Shown in pieces: positions 41,383 to 51,346 of a stretch of 64,000 nt of DNA. This DNA comes from Candidatus Rokuibacteriota bacterium (GTDB lineage Bacteria > Methylomirabilota > Methylomirabilia > Rokubacteriales > CSP1-6), in assembly GCA_016200085.1 (NCBI GenBank), contig JACQFL010000028.1, forward strand, positions 26,809 through 90,808. The letters are read 5' to 3'. Position numbers and translations under genes: made by a program. Below the pieces are notes generated by a model. It had not been told where the DNA came from, made no database searches, and saw only the letters and a list, made by a program, of their open reading frames with translations. How positions within the stretch are numbered: position 1 is the first letter of the stretch; the number at the start of each line of letters is the position of its first letter.

Positions 41383-42756
41383 ATGATTTTTCAACAGCTG
41401 CTGAACGAGGAATCGGGGTGCCTGTCGTACCTGATCGGCTGCGGGCAGGCCGGCGAGGCCGTGGTCGTCGATCCCGGGCGCGATCGGGTCGACGAGTACA
41501 TCCGCCTCGCGCGCAAGAAGGGGCTGACGATCTCGCGCATCGTCGAGACCCACACCCACGCCGATCACATCTCCGGCAACCGCGACCTCGCCGCGGCCAC
41601 GCGTGCGCCGATCTTCCTGCACCGGGCCGCCCAGGCCGCCTTCGAGCACGAGACGCTGGCCGACGGTGACATGATCCGCCTCGGCACCGTCGACCTCGAG
41701 ATCCTGCACACGCCCGGCCACACGGCCGACAGCCTCTGCCTGCTCGTCACCGATCGCTCGCGGGGCGAGGTGCCGTGGTTCGTGCTCACCGGTGACACCC
41801 TGTTCATCGGCGACGTCGGCCGGCCCGACTTCGGCGGTGCGCAGGCGGCGGCCTCGATGTGGGACAGCCTGCGGCAGGCGCTCCTGCCCCTCGACGACAG
41901 CGTCGAGGTCTACCCGGGCCACGGCTCGGGGTCGCTCTGCGGGCGCGCGATGTCGGCGAAGTCGGCCTCGACCATCGGCTTCGAGCGGCGCTTCAACCCC
42001 GCCCTGCAGGCGCGGAGCCGCGAGGAGTTCGTCGAGCGCCTCATGACGGGGCTGCCGCCCAAGCCACCGTCCTTCGAGACCATCGTCGCCAAGAACCGCG
42101 GCCTCATCCCGCTGCAGGCGAGCAAGCCGCGCCCGCTGTCCGCGCGCGAGACCCAGGACCTGCTCGCCCGCGGAGCCTGCGTCCTCGATCTCCGCGACCC
42201 GGGGAGCTTCGGCGAGGGCCACGTTCCGGGCGCGGTCAACGTCTGGATCGAGAGCCCGCAGTTCGCCGATCGCGCGGGCTGGCTCGCGCCCCCCGGCGCC
42301 GAGCTGATCCTCGTCGCGCAGGGGCCGTCCGATCTCGATCGCGCGCTCGCCGGGCTGGCCCGGGTCGGCGTGGACCAGGTCGTCGGCCACGTGCAGCACG
42401 GGATGGTCGGCTGGCGGAACGACGGCCTGCCCGTCGCCGCGGTGCCCCAGCTGTCCGTCTACGAGCTGGGCGAGTGGCTGGCCGAGGGACGTGACGTGCA
42501 GATCGTCGACGTGCGCGAGCCGTCGGAGTGGCGCGAGGGCCACGTGCCCGACGCGCTGCACGTGCCCATGCTGGAGGCGCTCGCGCGCCGCGCCGAGCTC
42601 GCTCCCGACCGTCCGAAGGCGGTGCTGTGCGCGGGCGGGCTCAGGTCGAGCGCGGTCATCAGCGTGCTCGCGCGCGCGGGCATGCACGGCTTCTACAACG
42701 TCACCGGCGGCATGGCCGCCTGGCAGAAGGCGGGCCTCCCGGTCGAGCGATCGTAG
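41383..42756 (+). CDS. Persulfide dioxygenase-like MBL hydrolase fused to two rhodanese domains (CstB-like)
   Basis: ETHTHADH, TPGHT, TGDTLFIGDVGRPD, GSLCG; C-terminal rhodanese CAGGLRS. Confidence 0.88.
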   Translation: MIFQQLLNEESGCLSYLIGCGQAGEAVVVDPGRDRVDEYIRLARKKGLTISRIVETHTHADHISGNRDLAAATRAPIFLHRAAQAAFEHETLADGDMIRLGTVDLEILHTPGHTADSLCLLVTDRSRGEVPWFVLTGDTLFIGDVGRPDFGGAQAAASMWDSLRQALLPLDDSVEVYPGHGSGSLCGRAMSAKSASTIGFERRFNPALQARSREEFVERLMTGLPPKPPSFETIVAKNRGLIPLQASKPRPLSARETQDLLARGACVLDLRDPGSFGEGHVPGAVNVWIESPQFADRAGWLAPPGAELILVAQGPSDLDRALAGLARVGVDQVVGHVQHGMVGWRNDGLPVAAVPQLSVYELGEWLAEGRDVQIVDVREPSEWREGHVPDALHVPMLEALARRAELAPDRPKAVLCAGGLRSSAVISVLARAGMHGFYNVTGGMAAWQKAGLPVERS

Positions 42757-42780
42757 AGCCGGGGGCTCCTCGAGTCTGCG

Positions 42781-45700
42781 CTAGGCCCGCCGGCCCAGCG
42801 TCTCTTCGAAGAGGCCGCGGACTTCGTCGACGCCGAGCGGCTTGGTCAGCACCGGCCGGCCCGTGCGCGCGAGAAATGCCCGGGTGTCGCCGTCCAGCGC
42901 ATCCCCGGTCATGAACACCACCCGCGCGGCCGTCCGGGGCTGGCGCTCGACGATCCAGGCCCACACGTCCTGGCCGCTGATGTCGGGCAGCCGGAGATCG
43001 AGCGCGACCAGATCGTAGGCCGCGCGCTCCAGGCACCCGATCGCTTCCAGCCCCGTGGCCGCGGCGGCCGCGGCGTGCCCCAGCCCCTCCACGATCTCCG
43101 CGAGCAGCCCGCGCAGCCCGCTCTCGCTGTCCACCACGAGCACCCGCGCCGTGCCGGGGCGCCCCGCCGGAGGGCCGGCGGCGGGCTGCGCCACGGCAGC
43201 GAGGGCGTCGGCGGCGGGCTCCGCCACCGCGCCGAGCGGCAGGCGTACGGTGAGCCGGGCCCCGCGCGCGGGCAGGGTCTCGGCCTTCATCCGCCCGCCG
43301 TGCGACTCGACGATCCCCAGCGCGAGGCTGAGCCCGAGCCCGGTTCCCTCGCCCACGCCCTTCGTCGTGAAGAATGGGTCGAAGACGCGGCCGAGGTGCT
43401 CGGGCGGAATCCCCGGGCCCTCGTCGTCGATCTGGGCCACGAGCTCCTCGCCGTCGCGGAAGACGCGCGCGGTCAGCGTGCCGCGCCCGCGCGCGCCGGC
43501 CATCGCGTGGCTCGCGTTGGCGACGAGGTTGACGAAGACCTGCTCGAGCTGCTGCGGGTCCGCGGCGATCGGGGGCAGCTCCGGCTCGACCTCGCGCACG
43601 ACACGGATGCGCTGCCGCTCGAGCTCGGCGGCGTGCAGGTCGACGGCGCCGCCCACGACGGCCCCGAGGTCGATCATGCGGCGGACGGGTGGCTGGCGGC
43701 GGGAGAAGACCAGCAGGTCGCGGATGATCTTCGACGCCCGCCGGCACTCCGCTTCGACGGCGCGCAGGCGATGGAGCACGGCGGGCGGGAGCTCGGAGCG
43801 CTGGAGCAGCAGCTGGGCGGACATGAGGATGGTCGAGAGCGGGTTGTTCATCTCGTGGGCCATCCCCGAGAGCAGCGTGCCGAGGGCCGTGAGCTTGTCG
43901 GCCTGGATCAGCTGCGCCTGGGTTTCCTTCAGGGTGCGCAGATTCGCCTGCAGCTCGCCGTAGAGGCGCACCCGGTCGAGCGCGAGCGCGACCTGCTGGG
44001 CCACCGTCGCCAGCACCCGCGTGTCCTCCTCGTCCAGCCGGTGCCGCTGGCGGTAGTGGGCGACGAGGACGCCGACGGGATCGTCGCGCACGCCGAGCGG
44101 CATCGCGAGCGCCGAGACCACCCCGTGCTCGGCCAGGTAGGCGGCGAAGGCGAAGCGGCGGTCGAGGGTGACGTCTTCGGCGTAGACCCACTCCCGGCGC
44201 GCGAAGGCGAAGCCGGCCACCGACTGGTTGGCCGTGAGGGTGACGGCGCCCACCACGCCGGGTCGCCAGCCGCTGCCGGCCACCAGCCGCAACCTGCCGT
44301 CCGGCTCGGCGAGGAAGAGCCCGACGTCGTCCGCGCCGACCAGCGGGCCGGTGACCCCGACGGCCTCGTCGAGGAGCTTGCCTTCGTCGGTCGCCTCGAG
44401 CAGCCGCCGACAGAAATCCTGGAGCAGCTCATCGTGCCGCGCGCGGACGGCCAGACGGTCGAACGCCCGGCCATTCTCGATCGCCGCCGCGGCGAGCGCG
44501 CCGTAGGCGGCCAGCCGCTTGACTTCGGCCGCGGCGAAGCTGCGGGACGCCTCGAAGGAGACCTCGAGGGCGCCGAAGATCTCACCGGCCTTGATGCGCA
44601 GGGGCACCGCCAGCGCCGCGACGTAGCCCTGGCGCCCCGCGTGCTCACGCAGGCTCGTGGCCAGCGTGATGCGCGCGTCGTCGTGGATGTCCGGCGACCA
44701 CACCGCGCGTCCCTTGGCGAGGGCCAGGCCCGCAACCCCCTGGCCCACCGGTCCGCCGAGGGCGGCGGCGAGCCGCTCGGCCATGCGCCCGGCGTGGCTG
44801 ATCGCTCGCAGCGTGCGGGTGTCGGGATCGAGGCGGAAGAGCACGGCGCCGTCGGCGCCCGCGACCTCGAGCGCGCGCGTCGCGATGGCCTGGGCCACCG
44901 CGCCCAGATCGAGGGGACCCACGAGGGCGGCGCCCGCCGCGTGCAGGGCTTCGAGGTCCCGCTGGCGCGCGCGGGCCTGCTGGTAGAGCCAGACCTGCTC
45001 GCGGATCACGGTGACGAAGATCACCGCGACGCCGAGCGGCTGCGCCAGGATGGCCAGGTACCACGGCACGCCGTACCGGTCGGGGCTCATGAGGAAGCCC
45101 GTGAGCCCGAGGATCCACAGGAATGCCGCGACGAAGAGCGCGCCCGCGAAGCGGTCCTCCCGGGCCCGCCGGTAGCGCCCGCGCGCCGCCCACAGCGCCC
45201 ACACCGACACGAGACCGTTCAGCACCGCGCCGGCCTCGATGGCCACCGGGCTCAGTCGTCCGTCTCCCGGCAGGACCAGCGGCGGCAACGTGCGCCACAG
45301 GGCGAGCACGGCGCCGGCCACGGTCGCGGCCGTCGCCACGATGACGGCCGCCATCGCGGCCCGGTCGCGATCCGTCAGCCGGTACGCACGATCGCCCGCC
45401 CGGGCGGCGAGGGCGACCGCGGCGAAGCTCGCAAGATAGCTCAGCAGCAGGAAGTACGGGCTGACCGACGAGTCGAACCCGGGACCGGTGGGGTAGTCGG
45501 GCCGCGTCGCGATGTGCGCCATGGAGAGCAAGCCCGCCAGCCCGAGGACGGCGCCGAGGGCGGCCGAGCGCCGGTCGTTGCGGACCCGATGGCGCTCCAG
45601 GCAGGCGTACCCGATCACGAAGGCGAGCACGACGAACGGCGCGCCGAGGACGGGCACGGCGTAGGGCATCACGAGCCACGGCCCGTCGAGCCACCGGGTG

Positions 45701-45813
45701 GCGAGCAGGACCACGAGGTACGCCAGGCCGAAGGCGAGGAGGGCCGCCAGCAGGAGCGCGAAGCCGACACCCGGCGTGCGGCGGGCCACCCCCGAGCCCT
45801 GGACGGTGGGCAT
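42781..45813 (-). CDS. Hybrid sensor histidine kinase (multi-TM sensor, 2 GAF, HisKA/HATPase, receiver)
   Basis: ~7 TM segments; AHEMNNPL, FDPFFTTK, GTGLGL; receiver DLVALDLRLPD...LTKP. Confidence 0.9.
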   Translation of the reverse strand: MPTVQGSGVARRTPGVGFALLLAALLAFGLAYLVVLLATRWLDGPWLVMPYAVPVLGAPFVVLAFVIGYACLERHRVRNDRRSAALGAVLGLAGLLSMAHIATRPDYPTGPGFDSSVSPYFLLLSYLASFAAVALAARAGDRAYRLTDRDRAAMAAVIVATAATVAGAVLALWRTLPPLVLPGDGRLSPVAIEAGAVLNGLVSVWALWAARGRYRRAREDRFAGALFVAAFLWILGLTGFLMSPDRYGVPWYLAILAQPLGVAVIFVTVIREQVWLYQQARARQRDLEALHAAGAALVGPLDLGAVAQAIATRALEVAGADGAVLFRLDPDTRTLRAISHAGRMAERLAAALGGPVGQGVAGLALAKGRAVWSPDIHDDARITLATSLREHAGRQGYVAALAVPLRIKAGEIFGALEVSFEASRSFAAAEVKRLAAYGALAAAAIENGRAFDRLAVRARHDELLQDFCRRLLEATDEGKLLDEAVGVTGPLVGADDVGLFLAEPDGRLRLVAGSGWRPGVVGAVTLTANQSVAGFAFARREWVYAEDVTLDRRFAFAAYLAEHGVVSALAMPLGVRDDPVGVLVAHYRQRHRLDEEDTRVLATVAQQVALALDRVRLYGELQANLRTLKETQAQLIQADKLTALGTLLSGMAHEMNNPLSTILMSAQLLLQRSELPPAVLHRLRAVEAECRRASKIIRDLLVFSRRQPPVRRMIDLGAVVGGAVDLHAAELERQRIRVVREVEPELPPIAADPQQLEQVFVNLVANASHAMAGARGRGTLTARVFRDGEELVAQIDDEGPGIPPEHLGRVFDPFFTTKGVGEGTGLGLSLALGIVESHGGRMKAETLPARGARLTVRLPLGAVAEPAADALAAVAQPAAGPPAGRPGTARVLVVDSESGLRGLLAEIVEGLGHAAAAAATGLEAIGCLERAAYDLVALDLRLPDISGQDVWAWIVERQPRTAARVVFMTGDALDGDTRAFLARTGRPVLTKPLGVDEVRGLFEETLGRRA

Positions 45814-45942
45814 GCGCACTCCCCTTCCGCTGGCTGGCGTGACGGCCCCCCCGAGCGACGCGTCGGCCGGGCCCAGACCATAACACCGGGCGGGAGTGGA
45901 CGCCATCTCCGGCCTGGAAGCCGGCCGGGGAACGCCGGTCGG

Positions 45943-46866
45943 TTACCTCCCGGGTCTCCGCCTGGTCGGCTCGGGTGGTTTCGGCGGCTCGGCGGGCGGC
46001 ACCACGCTCCGGATCGGCGGCAGCGATTTCAGGTAGGCGACGAGCGCGCGCATGTCCCGGTCGGCGATCCTGCCCGCGTAGTACGGCCAGGGCATCGGCG
46101 CCCGTTCCGGCGAGCCGTCGCGCCGCAGGCCATTGATGCCGGCCACGATCTGGTCCGTCGTCCATTCCCCGAGGCCGGTCTCGCGATCGGTCGTGAGGTT
46201 GGCGCTGTACGTCACGCCCCAGGGCCCGGTGAACTTCCGACCCCCGGCGAAGAGCCGCCGCGCGTCGTCGCGCCGGCCGCCTGGGCCGGGCGGGGTGTGG
46301 CACTCCACGCAGTGGGCGATGGGGCCAGCGAGATAGGCGCCGTACTGGAGGATCTCCTGCGGCGGATCGGGCACCGACGTCACGGGTGGCCCCCACGATG
46401 GAGGCAGGGGCATCGTGTACCGGCTCTTCGCCACGCGGTTGCGCACCGGCTTCACCGACCTCAGATAGGCGACGATGGCGGTGACGTCGGTGTCGGAGAG
46501 CTGGCGATAGAGCTCGAAGGGCATCGGCGGCCCGAGTGTGCGCCCGCTCTTCGACTTGCCCTCGCGGATGGCGCGGACGATCTCGGCGTCCCTCCAGCCG
46601 CCGATCCCGGTCGTCCGATCGGGCGTGATGTTCGACGCGATCGCGGTCCCGAACTCCTCGGTGATGCTCCCTCCGCCCGCGAGGTGCTTGCCCGGCAGGT
46701 CCCCCGCCGGCCCCTTGGGGGTGTGGCAGTTCCCGCACGCGGCCAGGACCTCCACGAGATAGCGGCCGCGCTCGACGGGAGGCTCCGCCGCGGGCGCCGC
46801 GGGCGCGGCCAGGGCGAGCGTCACGAGCGCGGCGGCGAGCGCGGGCCCCAGGTTCCTCGTCGGCAT
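45943..46866 (-). CDS. Periplasmic diheme cytochrome c
   Basis: Signal peptide; CGNCH and CVECH; NITPDRTTGIG and NLTTDRETGLG. Confidence 0.92.
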   Translation of the reverse strand: MPTRNLGPALAAALVTLALAAPAAPAAEPPVERGRYLVEVLAACGNCHTPKGPAGDLPGKHLAGGGSITEEFGTAIASNITPDRTTGIGGWRDAEIVRAIREGKSKSGRTLGPPMPFELYRQLSDTDVTAIVAYLRSVKPVRNRVAKSRYTMPLPPSWGPPVTSVPDPPQEILQYGAYLAGPIAHCVECHTPPGPGGRRDDARRLFAGGRKFTGPWGVTYSANLTTDRETGLGEWTTDQIVAGINGLRRDGSPERAPMPWPYYAGRIADRDMRALVAYLKSLPPIRSVVPPAEPPKPPEPTRRRPGR

Positions 46867-47004
46867 GCCCGACAGTCTGGCGGCGTTCGCCGACCGCGTC
46901 AACGCCGGGTCGGGCCACCCCCGCCGAGCAGCCGCAGGACCTCGCCGGACGCGGGCATGCGGCGCTGCACGTGCTTCGAAAAGACGAGTCGGCCATGATG
47001 TCCA

Positions 47005-48144
47005 TCACCGGTCTTGAGGTTGCGGGCGCTCGCGCAGCTCGGACAGGGTGACCTTGACGGTGCGGCGGCCATCGGCACGCGCCACGCCGAGCGAGACCGA
47101 GGTCCCCGGCGGGGTGCCCGCGATCCGCCGCGTCAGGTCGATCGGGGTCTGCAGCTCGCGGTCTTCGAGCGCGACGATCACGTCGCCGGGGCGCAGGCCC
47201 GCGGCGGCGGCGGGGGAGCGCGGCACGACGTCGGCCACGAGCGCGCCGCGCCGTCCGGGCAGGCGCAGCTCCCGCACGGCGTCCGGGGTGACCGGACCGA
47301 CGGCCACGCCGAGATAGCCGCGCGTGACGCTGCCGCGCTCCTTGAGCTGGGGCAGGACCTGCTTGGCCAGGTTGACGGGGATCGCGAAGCCGATGCCGAC
47401 CGACCCGCCCGTCTCGGAGAAGATCGCGGTGTTGATGCCGATCAGCCCGCCGTGCGCGTCGACGAGCGGCCCGCCGGAGTTGCCGGGGTTCACGGAGGCG
47501 TCGGTCTGGATGAAGTCGTCGTACGGCCCGCTGCCGATGTAGCGCTCCTTGGCGCTCACGATCCCGGTGGTCACCGTCTGCTCGAGCCCGAAGGGATTGC
47601 CGATCGCCATCACGGGCGCGCCGACGTCGATCTGGTCCGAGTCGCCGAAGGGCAGCGGCGGCAGGCCGCGGGCGTCGATCTTCAGCAGCGCGATGTCGGT
47701 CTTCGGATCGGTGCCGACGACCCTGGCGCGGTACTCGCTCTGATCGGCGAGGCGCACCACGATCTCGTCGGCCTCGCCCACCACGTGGTTGTTGGTCACC
47801 ACGTAGCCGTCGGGGGACACGATGAAGCCCGAGCCCAGGCTCTGTCGGGCCCGGCCCTCCGGCAGCTCGAAGAAGCGGCGGAAGAACTCGTCCCCGCGCG
47901 GCGACCGCCGGATGCGCTGGGTGGTGCTGACGTTCACCACGCTGGGCCGGACCACCTTGGCGAGCTCGACCCAGACGGTCAGGGCCGGCGGCAGCGGCGC
48001 GTCGGTGCGGCTGTCCTGCCAGAAGGGCGTGGCCTCGACACGGGTGAAGCGCGGAGCGCGCACCTGCACCGAGACCACGCCCGTCGAGACGAGCCCCGCG
48101 ACGACCGCCGCGGCGATGAGGACGACCAGCGCGAGGCGGCGCAC
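47005..48144 (-). CDS. HtrA/DegP-family serine protease with one PDZ domain
   Basis: GSGFI, TNNHV, DIALLK, GNSGGP, PDZ. Confidence 0.94.
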   Translation of the reverse strand: MRRLALVVLIAAAVVAGLVSTGVVSVQVRAPRFTRVEATPFWQDSRTDAPLPPALTVWVELAKVVRPSVVNVSTTQRIRRSPRGDEFFRRFFELPEGRARQSLGSGFIVSPDGYVVTNNHVVGEADEIVVRLADQSEYRARVVGTDPKTDIALLKIDARGLPPLPFGDSDQIDVGAPVMAIGNPFGLEQTVTTGIVSAKERYIGSGPYDDFIQTDASVNPGNSGGPLVDAHGGLIGINTAIFSETGGSVGIGFAIPVNLAKQVLPQLKERGSVTRGYLGVAVGPVTPDAVRELRLPGRRGALVADVVPRSPAAAAGLRPGDVIVALEDRELQTPIDLTRRIAGTPPGTSVSLGVARADGRRTVKVTLSELRERPQPQDR

Positions 48145-48148
48145 AGAG

Positions 48149-48532
48149 CTACTTCGCCGCGGCCCGGAGCGTGACGATCAGGTCGCGGGCCACCGTGCCG
48201 GTCGTGCCGCCGTCGGTCTCGAGCACCACGAAGTCTCCGGGCCGGACCTCCCCGAGCGCGATCATGGTGTCCGTGAAGTCCTCGCCCGCGCTGGTGAACG
48301 TGCCGGAAGGCTCGGAGACCACGACCCGCGCGCCGGCCGGCACGTGCACCCGCACCGTGCGCGGCTTCCCGTTCTCGACCAGCTCCTGGATCGTCACCGT
48401 GGCCGCCTGTGGATCGACCGCCATGACGGTGCCGGAGTGCCGCTCCGCCGCCCACCCGGGCGCGACGAGCGCGGCCGAGGCGACGAGCGCGGCGATCCCG
48501 ATCACGCCGGCGATCGCGCGAGAGAAGCGCAC
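48149..48532 (-). CDS. Hypothetical secreted beta-rich protein
   Basis: Signal peptide (GWA-AE); operon context. Confidence 0.7.
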   Translation of the reverse strand: MRFSRAIAGVIGIAALVASAALVAPGWAAERHSGTVMAVDPQAATVTIQELVENGKPRTVRVHVPAGARVVVSEPSGTFTSAGEDFTDTMIALGEVRPGDFVVLETDGGTTGTVARDLIVTLRAAAK

Positions 48533-48581
48533 GACGCTGTCCCCCCGCGGGGCGGCGCCCCGCGAGCGACGCACGGCGCAC

Positions 48582-48992
48582 TCACGGGAAGCGATGGCCG
48601 CCCCCTTCGAGCACGGTGTAGGACCAGACGCTGACGCGGTAATGATCGGCCGGCGGCAACGGCCCCACCTCGAAGTACGACCGCGAGAGTGCGGGAATGC
48701 CGCCCGGCACCCACGCCAGGCGCTGACCGACCAGTCGATTCGAGGCGTCGAGCGCCTGCGCGAGGACGCGGACATCGCCGACCGGACGCCCATAGTTGTT
48801 GTAGACGTAGCCGCTGGCGCGGAGCGCCTCGCCCCTGGGCTCCACCGTGAAGTCGACCTTGAACCAGGTGTCGGTGAACCCGGGCAACGTGGTGGTCACC
48901 GTGGCCGAGGGCTCCATGCCTCCGGCCGCCCCGGCGGCGCAGCCGGTCAGCAGCAACGTCATCCCGAGCACGGCGCGGGCAAAGGCGCTCAT
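48582..48992 (-). CDS. Hypothetical lipoprotein (FxLYD-like)
   Basis: LLLTGC lipobox; GYVYN...AQALD...YFEV. Confidence 0.75.
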   Translation of the reverse strand: MSAFARAVLGMTLLLTGCAAGAAGGMEPSATVTTTLPGFTDTWFKVDFTVEPRGEALRASGYVYNNYGRPVGDVRVLAQALDASNRLVGQRLAWVPGGIPALSRSYFEVGPLPPADHYRVSVWSYTVLEGGGHRFP

Positions 48993-49627
48993 CGACGGCC
49001 CCCCTCACCGCTGATTATCCCACCGCCCTCGCGGCGGGCCAGCCGTCGCACCGGTCGGTGGCGGAAGCACCCGACGAGGTGGTCGTTGACCAGCCCGGCG
49101 GCCTGCATGAACGCGTAACAGATCGTGGGCCCCACGAAGCGGAAGCCCCGCGTCCGGAGGTCACGGCTGAGGGCCTTCGAGACGGGGGTGGCCGCGGGCA
49201 CCTGGCGCGGCGTCCGCCAGGCGTTCTGCACGGGCGTCCCGCCGACGAATTCCCAGACGTAGGCCGCGAAGCTGCCGTGCTCGCGCCGCACCTCCTGGAG
49301 CGCGCGCGCATTGGCGATGGCCGCCTCGATCTTCGCCCGGTTCCTGACGATGCCGGCGTCCGCGAGCAGGCGCCGCGCGTGGGCGGGCGTGAAGCGGGCG
49401 ACGCGGCGGGGGTCGAAGCCGGCGAACGCGCGCCGGTAGGCCGCGCGCTTCCGGAGCACGATCGCCCAGCTGAGCCCGGCCTGAGCGCCCTCCAGCACGA
49501 GGAGCTCGAAGAGCCCACGGTCGTCCCGCACCGGGATCCCCCACTCCTCGTCGTGGTACCGGATGTCCAGCGCGCTGGTCGCCCAGTGGCACCGCGAGCG
49601 ATCGTCGGTGGGTGGCGGGGGCGGCAC
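48989..49627 (-). CDS. tag: DNA-3-methyladenine glycosylase I
   Basis: RCHWA, YHDEEWG, LEGAQAGLSW, GFRFVGPT, NDHLVGCF. Confidence 0.95.
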   Translation of the reverse strand: MPPPPPTDDRSRCHWATSALDIRYHDEEWGIPVRDDRGLFELLVLEGAQAGLSWAIVLRKRAAYRRAFAGFDPRRVARFTPAHARRLLADAGIVRNRAKIEAAIANARALQEVRREHGSFAAYVWEFVGGTPVQNAWRTPRQVPAATPVSKALSRDLRTRGFRFVGPTICYAFMQAAGLVNDHLVGCFRHRPVRRLARREGGGIISGEGGRR

Positions 49628-49763
49628 GACAGAACGGTACCATGCCCCGCGCCCGACGGCCCACCACGGGCGCCGCAAAGTGCCCCGATTCGCGGCGCGC
49701 TCGCTATACTCGATCCAGGCGGGCGGCGGCAGGCAGACGTTCACCACACGCGCGGGAGGCGCT

Positions 49764-50360
49764 GTGAGCAAGCACGGGCCCCACACCACCGGCACCACCC
49801 TGCGCCAGGCGGCATCGCTGGTGTTCGCGCTGACGTCGGTCGTGCCGCTCCTGATCTTCACGTATTCCCTGATCACCCTGGACGCGCTGGGCAAGGCGCG
49901 GTACCAGATCAATCTCGTGCTTGCCCTGGCGGTCTCGCTCCTCGGTTTTCATCTCTCGCGGATCATCATGGGACGGATGACCGAGCTGCTGCGATCCCTC
50001 AGCCACACGCCCGACACGCCCGATGTGCCGACCGTGCCGACGCGGGAGCAGCTGCAGGTGCCGGGTATCGGGGTGATCCAGGAGTTCCACGAGGTGCGCG
50101 GCGCCACCGACGTGCTCGCCGCGCTCTGGAAGAACGAGGCGCGCGCGCACGTGGGCCAACCCGTGCGGATCGCGGTGCGCAACGCGATCCGGCCCGTCAC
50201 GGGGCTGCTCATCGAGGCGGGCGCCGAGGGCGTGCGCGTGGAGGTCGACGGCCAGGAGGTGGCGATCGCCTACGCGCGATTCTCGTCGATCACCGCGCCG
50301 ATCGGGGAGAGCGACACGCCACTGCCCCCGAAGGCCCCGCCCCGCGACGGCGGTCACTGA
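49764..50360 (+). CDS. Hypothetical protein with two TM segments
   Basis: GGGAGG RBS, TATACT upstream, two hydrophobic helices. Confidence 0.7.
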   Translation: MSKHGPHTTGTTLRQAASLVFALTSVVPLLIFTYSLITLDALGKARYQINLVLALAVSLLGFHLSRIIMGRMTELLRSLSHTPDTPDVPTVPTREQLQVPGIGVIQEFHEVRGATDVLAALWKNEARAHVGQPVRIAVRNAIRPVTGLLIEAGAEGVRVEVDGQEVAIAYARFSSITAPIGESDTPLPPKAPPRDGGH

Positions 50361-50382
50361 TCCGGGGTGCCGGAAGAGCATG

Positions 50383-50401
50383 GCGCCGGCGAAGCCGGCG
50401 C
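50383..50401. repeat. Stable GAA-loop hairpin (REP-like) between convergent genes
   Basis: gcgccggc-gaa-gccggcgc. Confidence 0.55.
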
Positions 50402-50451
50402 TCGAGGATCGCGTGGGGCTGGGGACGCTCGGCGCCCCCGGCCCGACTCGA

Positions 50452-50820
50452 TCAGCTGCGCCAGGCGGCCCAGGCCAGGGTCAGCCAGCCGGCGATGAGG
50501 GCCAGGCCGCCGAGCGGCGTGATGGCCCCGAGCCAGCGCTGACCCGTCAGCGCGATCAGGTAGAGGCTGCCCGAGAAGACGACGGTGCCGGCCGCGAACA
50601 GCCAGCCCGCCGCCGACATCGTCGCGCCGGGCCAGCGCGCGGCAGCCCAGCCCACGGCGATCAGGGCGAGCGCGTGATACATCTGGTACCGCACGCCGGT
50701 TTCGAACACGCTCAGCATCTCGGCGCCGAGGCGTGCGCGCAGGCCGTGAGCGCCGAACGCCCCGAGGGCCACCGCGATGGCGGCCGACAGCGCGCCCAGG
50801 GTCACGAACGTGCGGTCCAT
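50452..50820 (-). CDS. DUF423 membrane protein
   Basis: LGAFGAHGL, YQMYHAL, FSGSLY, GAITPLGG. Confidence 0.93.
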   Translation of the reverse strand: MDRTFVTLGALSAAIAVALGAFGAHGLRARLGAEMLSVFETGVRYQMYHALALIAVGWAAARWPGATMSAAGWLFAAGTVVFSGSLYLIALTGQRWLGAITPLGGLALIAGWLTLAWAAWRS

Positions 50821-51329
50821 GCCGGTCTCGGCGAGGACGATACGCGCGCGGGCGCGGGCGTCAACGTGACGATGCGCGGCCGGAGCCCGGAGGCGACGAC
50901 GTCGATCCGGGCGATGGTCACCGGCAACCGGAAGCGTCGCGGGCCGGCGCTGCCCGGGTTGACGAAGAGCACGCCGGCCCGGCGCTCGATCACCGCCCGG
51001 TGGGAGTGGCCGCTCATGACGACGCTGACGCCCTCGCCGGCGCCGGCCCGGAACGCCGCGACGTCGTGGACGACGCGCACCACATGAGAGCCGAACCGGA
51101 ACGTCTGGCGCTCGGGCAGCCTCCGGGCCCACGCGCCCACGTCGTTGTTGCCGCGCACCGCGATCACGGGCGCGAGCGCGCGCAGCGCGTCGAGCACGGC
51201 GGGATCGCCGACGTCGCCCGCGTGCACGATGAGGTCGCTGCCCGCCAGCGCGGCGAGGGCCTCGGGCCGCAGCAACCCGTGGGTGTCGGAGATGAGGCCC
51301 AGGCGGCGCGGCGCGCGCGGCATCCTCAT
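50802..51329 (-). CDS. YfcE-like metallophosphoesterase
   Basis: ISDTHG, HAGDVG, RGNND, GHSH, NPGSAG. Confidence 0.93.
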   Translation of the reverse strand: MRMPRAPRRLGLISDTHGLLRPEALAALAGSDLIVHAGDVGDPAVLDALRALAPVIAVRGNNDVGAWARRLPERQTFRFGSHVVRVVHDVAAFRAGAGEGVSVVMSGHSHRAVIERRAGVLFVNPGSAGPRRFRLPVTIARIDVVASGLRPRIVTLTPAPARVSSSPRPAWTARS

Positions 51330-51346
51330 GGCATGGAGGCGCGACG

